This document shows positions 26,701 to 39,000 of a stretch of 64,000 nucleotides of DNA, in pieces (positions within the stretch are counted from its first letter, which is position 1; every line of letters starts with the position of its first letter). Location: contig CBDFMR010000005.1 in NCBI GenBank assembly GCA_965249765.1, positions 1,506,782 to 1,570,781 on the forward strand. Reading direction: 5' to 3'. Under the pieces are notes generated by a model. That model saw only the letters and a list, made by a program, of their open reading frames with translations. It was not told where the DNA came from and searched no databases. The position numbers were made by a program, and so were the translations under genes. This DNA comes from Saprospiraceae bacterium (GTDB lineage: Bacteria > Bacteroidota > Bacteroidia > Chitinophagales > Saprospiraceae).

Positions 26701-27735
26701 TTAAAGGAAATCAACATCCTCGGCATAGGGATAGCGCATCAGAAAATCAATAGCCTGTTCAATGTCAAAATTCTCATACACGATACGATATAACATCTGA
26801 GTGATGGGTACATGCAATTCGTAATATCGAGCAAGATGCTGTGCTATTTTTAGGGTTCTAAGACCTTCGATGACCTCTTTGGAGGAGTTTAGAATGTCCT
26901 CCACTGATTCACCTTGGCCCATACGCATACCACATATATAATTTCTACTTTTTTCGCTTGTGGCGGTAGCTACTAAGTCCCCGATTCCTGCAATACCAAG
27001 AAATGCTTTATGAGTACTTCCCATGGCTACACCGAGCCTAATCATTTCACCAAGACCCTTGGTGATTAATAACGACTGGATATTCTTCCCCATTTTCATT
27101 CCTCCCAGTATTCCTGATGCGAGAGCAATAATATTTTTATAAGCTCCCGCTAGCTCTGCCCCTTTAAGGTCGTGAGAACCAAAAACGAAAAATTTTGGTC
27201 CACTTAGGATTTTCCTGCCTATATCTATCACTTCGTCAAATTCTGACGCCAAGACAGTAGCAGCGGGTTGATTCTGCATGATCTCTCTTGCAAGATTGGG
27301 ACCCGACATACATCCGATTCTAAGTATCGTACTTTCTTGCATTATGACCTCGCTCATCGTGGAGATGTGTTTACGATCTAATTGTACATGGTCTAGTACA
27401 CTGTAGTCATAACCTACCAGATCGAGTCCTTTAGTGGCATGTATAAGTATATGTGATGGATTGATATGTGGGGATAAATCAATCATCATACTTCTAAACC
27501 CACTAGATGGGATGACGGGAAAGATAACATTGCATCTTTCGCCTATAATTTCCATGCTGTCCACAGCCTTGATTCTGGGAGAAAGTTTTACATTGAATCG
27601 CTCGTGATTTTCATTGATTGAATTCCTGACTTCAGTCTTCCTAGCATAGATGAGGACATCTACACTGGTTGATAGTAACCCGGCAATGGTGATACCAAAA
27701 CTTCCAGCACCGATGACTCCTACGGGTTTGGTCAT
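26701..27735 (-). CDS. gpsA: NAD(P)H-dependent glycerol-3-phosphate dehydrogenase
   Basis: 344 aa. N-terminal Rossmann VGVIGAGSFGITIA. GpsA pattern throughout (GDLVATATSEKSRNYICG). Confidence 0.85.
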   Translation of the reverse strand: MTKPVGVIGAGSFGITIAGLLSTSVDVLIYARKTEVRNSINENHERFNVKLSPRIKAVDSMEIIGERCNVIFPVIPSSGFRSMMIDLSPHINPSHILIHATKGLDLVGYDYSVLDHVQLDRKHISTMSEVIMQESTILRIGCMSGPNLAREIMQNQPAATVLASEFDEVIDIGRKILSGPKFFVFGSHDLKGAELAGAYKNIIALASGILGGMKMGKNIQSLLITKGLGEMIRLGVAMGSTHKAFLGIAGIGDLVATATSEKSRNYICGMRMGQGESVEDILNSSKEVIEGLRTLKIAQHLARYYELHVPITQMLYRIVYENFDIEQAIDFLMRYPYAEDVDFL

Positions 27736-27741
27736 GGGTAC

Positions 27742-29607
27742 TTATTTTTTATTCTTCTTCTGAGCTTGTTGTTGTTTCATTGCCTCTTCTAGTCTTGCCT
27801 GGAAACCTGATTTTTTCTTTGGTTTGGACTTTCGTACTTCGAGCTCAGCCTGTATTTTCTGTTCGTCAAACACATATTTCTTGGTAATTACAGTCTGTAG
27901 AATGTTGAATATATTACTAAAAAACATATAACATGTCAGCCCTGATGCGTAGTTGTTGAAGAATACCAAGAACATAATAGGCATAAAATATTGAACATAT
28001 TTCATAGCCGGGTTTGCCGACATGTCCATATGCTTGGTATTGTAATAAGTATATATTACGGTGGTTATGGCCCACAGGACGGTAAACAAACTTATATGGG
28101 CTCCAAACATGGGTATCTCGAACGGAAGTCTCGTAATCTCATCAAATGATGATAGATCATGTGCCCATAAGAAGCTTTCCTGTCGGAAAGTGATACTTGC
28201 AGGAAAGAATCTAAAAAGGGCATACCATATGGGCATCTGTAATACCATGGGCATACAACCCCCCAAGGGACTAACACCGTATTCCCTATAGATTTTCATG
28301 GACTCCATCTGCTTTTTCTGTGGCTCTTCCTTGAATTTCTCGGTAAGATGGGAAAGCTTAGGTTTGAGGGCCTGCATCTTTGCCTGTGAGTGAAGCATCT
28401 TATAGGTGAGCGGGTAGAGAAGCATCTTGATAATGAATATCAAGACAATGATTACCATTCCCTTCGATCCAATATATCGGACTAAGAAATCAAAGCAAGG
28501 TCTTATGATCCATCGATTAATCGTACCAAAAATACTACGCCCAAATGCTATGACTTCTTCAAGATTATTATCAAATGCCTTCAGTCTATCATATTCATTT
28601 GGCCCAAAATAAAATTGCATTGCATAGGTCTCCTCACTTCCACCATTGTACGGAATGTCAATCTCAGTACGTAGAATTTTTAAGTCATCAGAAGTTGGTT
28701 CTTGAACCTCAGTAGAAACTATGGCTTTATCAAAAGGCTTGTCCTTAGCAATAAGGGTAGAATTGAAAAACTGATTGACATGGGAAATCCATGAGACTTT
28801 CTCATTGAGTTCTTGATTGTCATCACCCGTACACGAGCAATAATCGGAGTCACTGTCTTCGACAGTCTGGTAATATACGCTGGTGTAGTTTCTTTCAAAA
28901 TTTGAGTTTTCCTCAAGCTTGTCAAGATGATTTACCCAATTAAGCTTTATTGGTTTCGTGTTATCTACTATCCTGTCTAAATCTATAAAAGTGATATCGT
29001 AGTCGACTTTGTACGATCCCGGTTGGATACTATAAGTCTGTTGAAGCTTGCCTCCTTCAACGGTCGTTGTTGTAAATGTTATTGAATTATTCTCCTCAGA
29101 AGAATTAAATACGATGTCATTGGTACTGACAGTTCCATTAGGTGCTGAAGATACGGGGAGTATGTATTCAAATCTGTTTTTCTCGTCTTCCATCAGGTAG
29201 AGAGGACGTTCTTCCCGCTTGCTACCTTCTACTCTTTCTAGTTTTTTGAAGTTCTTCATCTCGATGCCGGTGACTCGGGCACCTTTGTTGGACAAAGAGA
29301 TTTTCATCAGATCATTTTCGAGATTGAATGATTGCTCAGGATATTGACCCGCACTGGCAAATAATCCCAGTTTGGTGTTGAGTAGCTGTCTGCGAATGCT
29401 GTCATTCTGGGGTGGCTGCACCTCTTCTTTTACCAGAGTACTGGTATCTATTTCTTTTTGAACAGGGGCATCTTCTTGAATATTCTCCAAGCTGTCTCTT
29501 TGACGCTGTGACTCTGCAAGTTCTTCCTTGCTGGGAGCGCTAAAAAACGTGTAACCTAGTAAGAGAATAAATATGAGGATTAGTCCTACAAACTGATTTT
29601 TATCCAT
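27742..29607 (-). CDS. yidC: membrane protein insertase YidC (long Bacteroidota form)
   Basis: 621 aa: N-terminal TM helix, large periplasmic domain, a C-terminal five-TM core with conserved PLGGCMPMVLQMPIWYALF, and a basic tail (KKKSGFQARLEEAMKQQQAQKKNKK). Confidence 0.85.
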   Translation of the reverse strand: MDKNQFVGLILIFILLLGYTFFSAPSKEELAESQRQRDSLENIQEDAPVQKEIDTSTLVKEEVQPPQNDSIRRQLLNTKLGLFASAGQYPEQSFNLENDLMKISLSNKGARVTGIEMKNFKKLERVEGSKREERPLYLMEDEKNRFEYILPVSSAPNGTVSTNDIVFNSSEENNSITFTTTTVEGGKLQQTYSIQPGSYKVDYDITFIDLDRIVDNTKPIKLNWVNHLDKLEENSNFERNYTSVYYQTVEDSDSDYCSCTGDDNQELNEKVSWISHVNQFFNSTLIAKDKPFDKAIVSTEVQEPTSDDLKILRTEIDIPYNGGSEETYAMQFYFGPNEYDRLKAFDNNLEEVIAFGRSIFGTINRWIIRPCFDFLVRYIGSKGMVIIVLIFIIKMLLYPLTYKMLHSQAKMQALKPKLSHLTEKFKEEPQKKQMESMKIYREYGVSPLGGCMPMVLQMPIWYALFRFFPASITFRQESFLWAHDLSSFDEITRLPFEIPMFGAHISLFTVLWAITTVIYTYYNTKHMDMSANPAMKYVQYFMPIMFLVFFNNYASGLTCYMFFSNIFNILQTVITKKYVFDEQKIQAELEVRKSKPKKKSGFQARLEEAMKQQQAQKKNKK

Positions 29608-29819
29608 TCAGTATCGGTCAGTATTTGAGGCGCAAAGGTAGTTGAATAATGATAATATTAGATGAAATATTAAGACGAATGCACCTAAGATTTAGACTCA
29701 CGGCAATGTATTTATAAAAATTAGTATTGCTTCTTTGGTATTAGTGGCACTTATGATATTTTTGCACTCTCTTTGTAGAAAGGAACTATATTTTACGATT
29801 ATTCGTAATAAGATAATAT

Positions 29820-29892
<73 letters not shown>

Positions 29893-29896
29893 CTAG

Positions 29897-29935
29897 AAGT
29901 CCTGTAAATCATTGATTTACAGGACTATTTTATTT
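29897..29935 (+). terminator. rho-independent terminator after the tRNA
   Basis: Perfect 14-bp stem agtcctgtaaatca-t-tgatttacaggact followed by attttatttct. Confidence 0.7.
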
Positions 29936-29954
29936 CTGGTCGTCGTTTTGGTCG

Positions 29955-30383
29955 TCACTTATTTATGTCTTTAAGAAATATTGCTGAATTTGACGGCGCT
30001 ATAATAAGTTCCTTTTTTTTGTCATCAAACCAAGTTCCGATCGAACCCCAGAATTTAGAATGGATTCTAAGTTTACCAACTGGTAATGTATAAGTACGCC
30101 TCAAATTGACAGATGTTTTCTCATATTTTGTATGGGGATTAGTTGTTGCCAATGAGAACACTGAAATGTTAGAAACAAATTCCTGAATCATTGTATCTTC
30201 TGGAAGAAATTTTGAACCATTGCTCCAGCATGTCATTTTTAAGATACTGGACTCAGGTTCTCTTAGTACTTTTTTCCATTGATTTAAATCGTAGCTTGTT
30301 TTACTTCCATGATGTGGCACCTTTAAAATGTTGATAGTTTCTTCATTATTGATTATATCATGTAATACAGTTCGTAGTCCCAT
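29955..30383 (-). pseudogene. 5'-truncated MBL-fold (ComEC/metallo-beta-lactamase-like) hydrolase fragment
   Basis: The 142-aa ORF carries only the C-terminal HHGS motif (ILKVPHHGSKTS) near its N-terminus. The upstream HxHxDH region expected of MBL enzymes is absent. It lies next to the tRNA. Confidence 0.4.
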
Positions 30384-30480
30384 ACCAGACTGATCGGAGT
30401 ATTCTATATCTGCTATAAATTATTAGTGCGTAGTGAATCTATTTTTTAGTTAAGAAGATTTATTAGCCGACATTCAGGAA

Positions 30481-30510
30481 AAGCCCTGTAGTTTTAAAAC
30501 TACAGGGCTT
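30481..30510. terminator. perfect 15-bp palindrome hairpin (bidirectional terminator-like)
   Basis: aagccctgtagtttt/aaaactacagggctt, flanked by gaaa and ccttttc. Confidence 0.45.
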
Positions 30511-30760
30511 CCTTTTCTAATGATATTTGCTCAAGTTATTATATCAGATTTCCTGAATACAATAATTTGAAATGATCGCAGGATTGTGCCAGTTAATGGG
30601 GTCATTATAGTCCAAGATCCCATTGCTTCTAAGTAATAATCTACCAATTAGCCAATATATCCGACAAACAAACCCATTTCATGAAACTTCAATATCTTAA
30701 TATTATGTTAATTTAATGCGCAGATTTACATTCAGCTAATGATAATAAAGACATAATACC

Positions 30761-31288
30761 ATGATCACAATACTCACTTGGACATCCATCATCGCTGGCG
30801 GCATACTTGTGCTTCTATTGCTTCTCTCCATCCTGGGAGGCCTTGACATGGACATAGACATAGGGGGAGATGATGCCGATACTAGTGAGGGGGGATTAGG
30901 TATCATCAAAGGCTTACTCACCTTTGTATCTGTAGGAGCCTGGATGATGAGAATTCTTCTTATCGGCGATCAACATCCTGGACTAGCTTTGGCCATAGGA
31001 GTTGTTGCCGGATTAGTAGCTTTGTTTTTGCTTAATTATCTTCTTCGAGTATTGCTAAGTAATGAAGAAAATGTCAACTGGGAAATGGATGATGCGCTTT
31101 TCCAGACTGGAGAAGTTTACCTTAAGGTTCCTGCAAAAGACGGTAGCGGGATCGTCAATGTCGATGTCAAAGGAGCAAGTAGAGAACTCAAAGCTCGGTC
31201 AAGAAATGGTGAGCTTCCTACAGGAACATCCATCCGTGTAGTAGACATAGATGGCGAATATGTAATCGTAAGTAAAGACAATAAATAA
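30761..31288 (+). CDS. NfeD-like membrane protein (partner of the SPFH/flotillin protein)
   Basis: 175 aa: N-terminal TM helices plus a C-terminal OB-fold-like segment (GEVYLKVPAKDGSGIVNVDVKGASRELKARS). It ends 8 nt upstream of the flotillin gene. Confidence 0.7.
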   Translation: MITILTWTSIIAGGILVLLLLLSILGGLDMDIDIGGDDADTSEGGLGIIKGLLTFVSVGAWMMRILLIGDQHPGLALAIGVVAGLVALFLLNYLLRVLLSNEENVNWEMDDALFQTGEVYLKVPAKDGSGIVNVDVKGASRELKARSRNGELPTGTSIRVVDIDGEYVIVSKDNK

Positions 31289-31295
31289 TATCAAT

Positions 31296-32705
31296 ATGAC
31301 CAATCTATTAATTCTCATTGGATTCGTAGTGTTTCTCGCACTGCTACTCATTATCTTTTTTGTAAGTCGTTACAAGCGTTGCCCGTCTGACAAAATACTT
31401 GTCGTCTATGGAAGAACCAAAGGTGAGCAATCAGCGAAGTGCTATGCTGGAGGAGCAGCATTTGTATTACCTGTATTTCAAGATTACAGGTTTCTAGATC
31501 TTACGCCTATTAGCATAGATGTCAATCTACAAGACGCCTTATCCAAACAAAATATCCGTGTGTCTGTACCGGCACAGTTTACGGTAGGAGTAAGCAATAA
31601 ACCAAATCTAATGATTGCTGCCGCTGAGAGATTACTGGGATTGGACCAACCATCGATAAGATCACTGGCCCACGACATCATCATGGGTCAGATGAGACTG
31701 GTAATCGCCAACATGGACATCGAAGAACTTAATACCGATCGTGACAAGTTTGTCGACTCTGTATATAGAAATGTGGGAAATGAGCTTCACAAAATTGGTC
31801 TAGAGCTGATCAACGTCAATGTAACAGATATCCAGGATGAGTCGGGCTATATTCAGGCTCTTGGTAAAGAAGCCGCAGCTAAGGCTATTAACGATGCCAA
31901 GGTTAAAGTCGCAAATGAGGAACGAAGTGGGGCAATCGGACAGGCCGAGGCACAACAAGACCAAAGAACTAAGGTGTCCGATGCCAACAGCCGTGCAGAA
32001 ATAGGTGAAGCAGATGCGCAAGCCAAAGCAACAGAGGGAAAAAATACGGCCGGAATAAAAATAGCAAACTCTAATGCTTCCCGTGATATAGAAATTGCTG
32101 AAGCTGAAAGAAGGGCTACCGCAGCACAAAAAGTAGCCGCTGCCAAAGCGCTTGAAGAGGCATATAATGCGGAGCGAATAGCTGAAGATGCCAGGGCGAA
32201 AAAAGAACTTGCAAGAAAACAAGCCGACGAAGTTGTGGAAGCTGACATCGAAAAGCAAAAAGCTGTCATCGCTGCACAGGCTGAGGCTGAGTGGCAGCGA
32301 GAAACCGCTAAGGGAGAGGCCGATGCCATCCTGGCTAAGTACATGGCGCAGGCAAAAGGACAAGAGGAATTACTTACCAAACAAGCTGAGGGATTTGAAA
32401 AGTTGGTCGCCGCTGCCAATGGTGATCCACAGAGTGCCATCGGCTATCTTCTTGTTGATAAGCTCACCGCTCTTGCAGAGATTCAGACTTCAGCAATTAA
32501 AGATCTGGATATAGATAAGGTTGTAGTATATGACAATGGGTCAGGAAAGGGTGTAGGCAATTTTGTGCAAGGTCTTTATAGCATGATGCCACAATTAAGT
32601 GATTTTCTCGCTCAGAGTGGAATGAATCTGCCAGAGAGCTTGATAAAGACCAGTGAGCAAGAAGCGGAAAGTCCTGAAAATGGTCAAGAGACCACTGCGT
32701 CTTAG
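31296..32705 (+). CDS. SPFH/band-7 flotillin-like protein
   Basis: 469 aa: N-terminal TM, an SPFH domain, then a long A/E/K-rich region (AEAERRATAAQKVAAAKALEEAYNAERIAEDARAKKELARKQ) typical of flotillins (YqiK/FloA type). Confidence 0.8.
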   Translation: MTNLLILIGFVVFLALLLIIFFVSRYKRCPSDKILVVYGRTKGEQSAKCYAGGAAFVLPVFQDYRFLDLTPISIDVNLQDALSKQNIRVSVPAQFTVGVSNKPNLMIAAAERLLGLDQPSIRSLAHDIIMGQMRLVIANMDIEELNTDRDKFVDSVYRNVGNELHKIGLELINVNVTDIQDESGYIQALGKEAAAKAINDAKVKVANEERSGAIGQAEAQQDQRTKVSDANSRAEIGEADAQAKATEGKNTAGIKIANSNASRDIEIAEAERRATAAQKVAAAKALEEAYNAERIAEDARAKKELARKQADEVVEADIEKQKAVIAAQAEAEWQRETAKGEADAILAKYMAQAKGQEELLTKQAEGFEKLVAAANGDPQSAIGYLLVDKLTALAEIQTSAIKDLDIDKVVVYDNGSGKGVGNFVQGLYSMMPQLSDFLAQSGMNLPESLIKTSEQEAESPENGQETTAS

Positions 32706-32737
32706 GTTTTCAGTACAGCAGACAGAAATTTTATCAG

Positions 32738-32780
32738 TGTGATCTAAGGTTGTTATACTCAACCTTAGATCACATTTTTT
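32738..32780 (+). terminator. rho-independent terminator downstream of the flotillin gene
   Basis: gtgatctaaggttg-ttatact-caaccttagatcac followed by attttttt. Confidence 0.75.
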
Positions 32781-32839
32781 TGTAAAGATTTTAAAATCTC
32801 ATTGGTTCGCATGAACCTGCGATTTGACACCGACTTAAC

Positions 32840-33541
32840 TTGTCCTTAACTTTTTTTATAAAACTCTCTACCTTCATCTACGTTTATTTTAAAACCCAAA
32901 TCATGCATCATCTAGTACTAGTGATCATTTATAGTCTTATGCTTTCCGGAAATTGCGGACAAGCAACTATCAAAACACAATCTATCATGCAATCAAGTCC
33001 AATGGAGCATAATAATGAAGTCATAACCCTCGGTGCGGGATGCTTTTGGTGTGTAGAAGCAGTTTTTCAAGAAATTGAAGGCGTCGAGAAAGTCGTTTCA
33101 GGATATATGGGAGGTCAGGTTGATGATCCTACTTATAAGATGATATGTACCGGTGAGACTGGTCATGCAGAAGTGGCACAATTATCTTTTGATCCTACCG
33201 TGGTCTCATTAGAAGAGATATTGGATATTTTCTGGGTGAGTCATGACCCTACAACGGTCAATAGACAAGGGGCTGATGCAGGAACACAATACAGGTCAGC
33301 AATTTTTTACCATGACGATAATCAGAGAGTGATCGCAGAGAAAAGCAAGAAAGAACTGGCTACGGAGTATTGGGATGATCCAATAGTCACTGAAATAACG
33401 GAATTGTCAACTTTTTATCCAGCAGAAGACTATCATCAAGACTTTTACTCACTAAATCCGAACAACGGCTATTGTAGAGCAGTCATCAACCCTAAAATTG
33501 CCAAAGTTCGAAAAAAATTTGCTGACAAGCTCAAGAAATAG
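32840..33541 (+). CDS. msrA: peptide-methionine (S)-S-oxide reductase MsrA, with an N-terminal signal/anchor
   Basis: 233 aa with the catalytic GCFWC motif (LGAGCFWCVEAVFQ) and the MsrA core (GHAEVAQLSFDP...YHQDFY). Confidence 0.85.
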   Translation: MSLTFFIKLSTFIYVYFKTQIMHHLVLVIIYSLMLSGNCGQATIKTQSIMQSSPMEHNNEVITLGAGCFWCVEAVFQEIEGVEKVVSGYMGGQVDDPTYKMICTGETGHAEVAQLSFDPTVVSLEEILDIFWVSHDPTTVNRQGADAGTQYRSAIFYHDDNQRVIAEKSKKELATEYWDDPIVTEITELSTFYPAEDYHQDFYSLNPNNGYCRAVINPKIAKVRKKFADKLKK

Positions 33542-33567
33542 ACTCCATAAGACCTGAGCTCAACTCT

Positions 33568-34320
33568 CTAATCTACATACATTAAACTCCAGTTCTCCTG
33601 CATCTCCATGAGAGTCTTATTCATCCAATCTTCAGCCATTTGAGAAGCGTTTTCTCCACCCATTTCATTAAGTGGAGATCCGAAATTTAGCTTGACTTGA
33701 ATGGCCCATTTTCCACACATTTTAATGTATTGCCTTATCATGCCAGGCTCATGCCAAAAGTCGTCAGGATGTTGATACTCGATGGTGATTGGGACGATCG
33801 GAATACTTATTTTGGATGCTTCTATGAAAGTTCCTTTCTTCAATGGCAAAACCTCACGATTGGGACTGATGGTTCCTTCTGGGTAAACTAGGACATTCCA
33901 CCCAGCTTTAAGTGTATCTACCATTGCTTGACGAGTCGCAACTCTGCTTGATTTATCTTCCCGCTTGACATAAATGATGCCTGTGATTTTAGCACCTTGA
34001 CTGATCACCGGCATATCTGCTACTTCAGCTTTGGCGATTACGTAGGCGTCCAGATGTCGACATAGAATTACAGGATCTAGAAATGACCGATGATTGCTGA
34101 CGTATAATGCTGTGTTACTTATTGGTTTACCCTCAACGGTTACATGAATATTCAGAATTTGATAAGCCAGTCGTAGCCAGTTTCTTCTGAGAAGGAAAGC
34201 TCTCTTCGGTGAATTTGAAAGTATAGGTATAGTGATGACATAAACAAGTACAAACAATGCCATAGAGACAACAATCATTAGGAATCTGATGCCGGCCAAG
34301 ATGTATTTGAATATCCTCAA
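33568..34320 (-). CDS. 1-acyl-sn-glycerol-3-phosphate acyltransferase family (PlsC-like)
   Basis: 250 aa: N-terminal TM, HxxxxD motif (SNHRSFLDPV), and YPEGTISPNRE (PEGTR-like) motif. Confidence 0.75.
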   Translation of the reverse strand: MRIFKYILAGIRFLMIVVSMALFVLVYVITIPILSNSPKRAFLLRRNWLRLAYQILNIHVTVEGKPISNTALYVSNHRSFLDPVILCRHLDAYVIAKAEVADMPVISQGAKITGIIYVKREDKSSRVATRQAMVDTLKAGWNVLVYPEGTISPNREVLPLKKGTFIEASKISIPIVPITIEYQHPDDFWHEPGMIRQYIKMCGKWAIQVKLNFGSPLNEMGGENASQMAEDWMNKTLMEMQENWSLMYVD

Positions 34321-34361
34321 GAAAAACAGTTTCTTATATAAAATCCCTAATCTTTAAACCC

Positions 34362-35888
34362 TCAACTCTCATCCCTCTTCTCCTTCTCCTGCTTCATCTG
34401 AGGGAAAAACAGAACATCTTGTATGGAATCTTGATTGGTAATAATCATGGCAAGACGATCCATCCCTATCCCCAGACCCGCCGTAGGGGGCATTCCATAT
34501 TCCAATGCTCTGAGGAAATCTTCATCTAACACCATGGATTCATCATCACCACGTTTTCCCAGTTCTAGCTGTGCTTCAAATCGTTCCCTTTGATCGATGG
34601 GATCATTTAGTTCTGAAAAAGCATTGCATATCTCTTTGCCATTACATATGGCTTCAAAACGCTCAACAAGACCTTCCTTAGATGCATGCTTTTTAGCGAG
34701 GGGTGACATTTCGATAGGGTAGTCTGTTATAAATGTTGGTTGAATGAGTTGACCTTCGCACTTTTCACCAAATATCTCATCGATGAGTTTTCCTTTCCCC
34801 ATGGATGCATCAACTTCGATGTGGAGTGATTTGGCTGTTGCCCTGAGTCCATCTTCATCCATTTCTGATATATCAATTTCAGTATAATTCTCGATAACCT
34901 CATACATGGTCATACTTTTCCATGGTCTCTTGAAGTCGATATCGTTTTCTCCAACTTTAATAATTGTTGACCCCGTTACGTCTAGAGCCACTTTCTCCAC
35001 CATCTCTTCCACGAGATTCATCATCCATTGGTAATCTTTGTAGGCTACATACAACTCTATCTGAGTAAACTCCGGGTTGTGAAATCGACTCATACCTTCA
35101 TTTCTGAAGTCCTTAGAAAACTCGTAAACTCCATCATAACCACCCACTATAAGTCTCTTGAGGTATAACTCATTTGCTATCCGCAGATACAATTTCATAT
35201 CCAACGTGTTATGATGAGTTGTAAACGGCCGGGCCAGAGCACCTCCATACAAAGGTTGTAGAATTGGGGTCTCCACTTCTAGGTAACCCTTATCATCGAG
35301 ATACGCTCTCATTGTATTATACATGCGAGATCTTTTGACAAAGACATCCCGTACTTCAGGGTTGACTACTAGATCGACATAGCGCTGTCTGTATCTTTGT
35401 TCTGGATCCGTAAAAGCATCATGGACATTTCCTTTGGCATCCGTCTTTACTACAGGAAGAGGTCGAAGAGATTTTGATAAGAGAGTCAATTCTTTTACAT
35501 GTATGGTCAACTGTCCCATTTTGGTAAAAAAGGCATACCCTCTCACACCGATGTAATCCCCCAGATCCATCCATTTCTTGAACAAGCCATTATACATGGT
35601 CTTATCTTCATCGGGGCAGATGTCATCTCTCGAAATATAAAGTTGAATCCTGCCATCGCTTCCCATAATCTCTGCAAAGGACGCCTTGCCCATGATTCGC
35701 CTTGACATGAGCCTTCCGGCTACGACCACATCAATATAGTCTTCATTCCCTTCTTTGAAGTTGTTTTTTATTTCCGTTATAGTTGTATTAATGGGAAATG
35801 TCGCGCTGGGATAAGGGTCAATGCCAGCATCTTTAATCTTTTGAAGGTTTTCTCTTCTTACTATTTCCTGCTCACTGAGGTTTGTCAT
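34362..35888 (-). CDS. lysS: lysine--tRNA ligase (class II)
   Basis: 508 aa. N-terminal anticodon-binding OB region; class II motifs ([56 protein letters not shown]). Confidence 0.9.
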   Translation of the reverse strand: MTNLSEQEIVRRENLQKIKDAGIDPYPSATFPINTTITEIKNNFKEGNEDYIDVVVAGRLMSRRIMGKASFAEIMGSDGRIQLYISRDDICPDEDKTMYNGLFKKWMDLGDYIGVRGYAFFTKMGQLTIHVKELTLLSKSLRPLPVVKTDAKGNVHDAFTDPEQRYRQRYVDLVVNPEVRDVFVKRSRMYNTMRAYLDDKGYLEVETPILQPLYGGALARPFTTHHNTLDMKLYLRIANELYLKRLIVGGYDGVYEFSKDFRNEGMSRFHNPEFTQIELYVAYKDYQWMMNLVEEMVEKVALDVTGSTIIKVGENDIDFKRPWKSMTMYEVIENYTEIDISEMDEDGLRATAKSLHIEVDASMGKGKLIDEIFGEKCEGQLIQPTFITDYPIEMSPLAKKHASKEGLVERFEAICNGKEICNAFSELNDPIDQRERFEAQLELGKRGDDESMVLDEDFLRALEYGMPPTAGLGIGMDRLAMIITNQDSIQDVLFFPQMKQEKEKRDES

Positions 35889-36032
35889 TATTATTATAAT
35901 AATCTCTATTAGGCAGCAAAAATAGACATTCTATTGCAGCAAATTATTCCTATTTTTGGCATGGAATTCGTTTTATCACCTATTACGATAAATCCGGTCA
36001 TTTACAAACGGAATATTTTGTGACTATTTGAT

Positions 36033-39000
36033 ATGGATTTAATGGACTTCATGAGACGTTATTGCTACTTCGCCCTTTGTATTCTCACCATGCAGCTGTC
36101 TAGCTATGGACAGGGGTTGATTGTTAATGAGGTTTCTCAAGGAACGGGTGGACTCAAGGAGTGGGTCGAGTTGGTTGTAGTGGGTTCTCCATGTGCAACT
36201 GTAGACATAAGAGGTTGGGTAATAGATGATAACAATGGATTATTTACGAGTTGTCCTCCCAATGCAGAACATGGTGCATTGGCTGGAGTGGGATTAAACA
36301 AAGGTCATATTCGATTTAAAAATCATGCAGATTGGGCTGAAGTTCCGGTAGGGACAGTAATACTTTTGTATGCTTGGGAACCAGGAGTCCCAAATGCACA
36401 AGCTGAGATTTTTCCTCTTACTGTTGACTATGATGACGCGGATTGTGACTTTCTAAGGGTCGTCCCAATCAATGCAGCTAGTTTCGCTCACCTAGAACAA
36501 AGTAATACGCTGCCAATATTTGCTTCCGGAGGCTCCTGTGCTCAAAATAGGACATGCCCTAATGGGACTGCTACTCCCGGAAATCCGAGCTATGGAGGAA
36601 CTTACGTAAATGTGGGAAACCAATCGTTTGTTGGAAATATTTCGATACCAGTTAGTGGGGTTATTGGCTTAAGGAATGGTGGGGATGCATTTCAGGTGAG
36701 GAATCCATCGTACGCTTACTTTCATGGTTTTTCCTGGGGCTCTGGAGATGGTGGCAGCTGTGGAATGGCTCCCACGCTTACCGGTGGGCCAGATAACCTA
36801 CATATTTCGGCAACGGGAGCTGCGAACAATGCTTATCAGTTCCAGAATATAATTAGTGATGATTATCGTGTCGTAGGAAATTTTGCAAAGGTTACTGCTT
36901 CTACCTCACAATCTCCCGGTGAAGCCAATTCTTGCGCAAATGCCCAATGGATCGCCTCTCTTAGATACCCACCCGACGATGAATTTAGTGATGGTAGTGG
37001 GGCTTGTGTAACATCAGACCCTACAACTTACATGGTTTGTGAAGGGGAGACCATAGATCTTGAGTTGACTGGATGCGAGTCTGATACATATAGCTGGATA
37101 TCCAATAATACTTCTATAGTCTCTATTTCAGGGATGACAACTACTCAATCCACTACAATACTAGGTGTCAGCGTTGGAACAACGACGGTCGATGTCACAG
37201 CTATATTAAATAATACGAATTTGGGAACCTTCGCCGGATGTCCCCTCACAACAGAAGAAACTTATTCGTTCACCGTAGAGGTAACTCCGGCTGATGTACC
37301 TACATTATCCCCTATAGGATCATTTTGTGAAAGTGACATGGCTGTAGGTCTAAATATCTCTCAGGATGGTTATACTGGTTCATGGTCGGGTCTTGGTGTG
37401 ACTGGTAATACTTTCGATCCTAGATCGGCCGGGTCGGGAGGATCGCCTCATACATTGACATTTACACCTGATCCGATGCAGTGTGCTATTGCAAATACTC
37501 TGATGGTGGTGGTGTTGCCTAATGTTACACCTATCCTCACCTCGTTGGGACCGTTCTGTGATTCTGATCTATCATTTCCATTGATTACAACCCAAGATGG
37601 AATAAATGGAAACTGGTCAGGACCGGGCGTTACTGGCAATGCCTTTGATCCTGGAACCGCTGGTGCAGGAGGATCACCGCATACGTTGACATTCACCCCT
37701 TTGGCTGGACAATGTGCTTCACCCAATTCAATGATGGTGACTGTTGAAGAAGCCCCTGACGCAGGGACAAATGGAACATTGACTTTATGTGAGGGTGATG
37801 CGTTGAGTGAGGCTATCTTACTTGGCTCACTAGGCGGAACACCTGATGGCGGAGAAACGTGGAGTCCGGGAGTACCAGGGACAGCGATGGCAGATGCGAC
37901 CTATACCTATACGGTAAGTGGCATATCACCTTGTATGAACGCCATGGCTACAGTTATGCTGACAGTAAATACCCCCCCTGATGCTGGAACAAATGGCGCA
38001 TTGACCTTATGTGCAGGTGATGGACTGAGTGAGGCGATCTTGTTTGACGAGTTGGGCGGAACACCCGATGGCGGAGGAACGTGGAGTCCGGGAGTACCGG
38101 GAACAGCAACGGCAGATGATACCTATACATATACGGTGACCGGAACGAGTCCATGCTTGAATGCCTCAGCGATGGTGCAGCTTATTGTTCATGCCAACCC
38201 CGATGTAGATGACATCACCGATGTAGTGATGTGCAACAGCTATACATTGCCGGCGATCACGGGGACGAACCTTTCTGGAAATGAAGCATATTGGACTGGT
38301 CCCAACGGAACGGGGACACAGTACATTGCCGGACAAATGATTACAGCTGATATTACCTTGTTTATCTATGACGAGAGTGGAACGATGCCGAATTGTAGTG
38401 ACGAAGAGAGCTTCATGATAGATATCACGCCACCCCCGAGTTTGGATGCGGTAATGAATGTGATAGAGTGTGGCAGTTATACATTACCTACGATCACGGG
38501 AATGAATCTTACGGGAAGTGAGTCGTATTATGATGGACCGGGAGGGACAGGTATGCAGTACACAGTAGGACAATCGATTACATCGAGCATAGGGACGATG
38601 TATATATATAATGGGATGACAGGGTGTGAAGATGAGGAGAGTTTCTCGATAACGATAAACACATCCCCCGATATAGATGACATCACCGATGTAGTGATGT
38701 GCAACAGTTATACATTGCCGGCGATCACGGGGACGAACCTTTCTGGAAATGAAGCGTATTGGACTGGTCCCAACGGAACGGGGACACAGTACATTGCCGG
38801 ACAAATGATTACAGCTGATATTACCTTGTTTATCAATGACGATAGTGGAACGATGCCGAATTGTAGTGACGAAGAATCCTTTAATATTACCATTGCACCA
38901 CCACCTGATTTAGATCCTGTTTCAAATGTAATTTCATGTGACCTTTATGTGTTACCTGTCATTACAGGATCGAATTTGACAGGTGGTCAGCTTTATTATG

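Noticed and set aside
31800-32440. Long minus-strand ORFs (187 and 195 aa) antisense to the flotillin gene
   Set aside because: Ala/Ser-rich antisense translation of the flotillin A/E/K-rich coiled-coil region; a classic shadow ORF.
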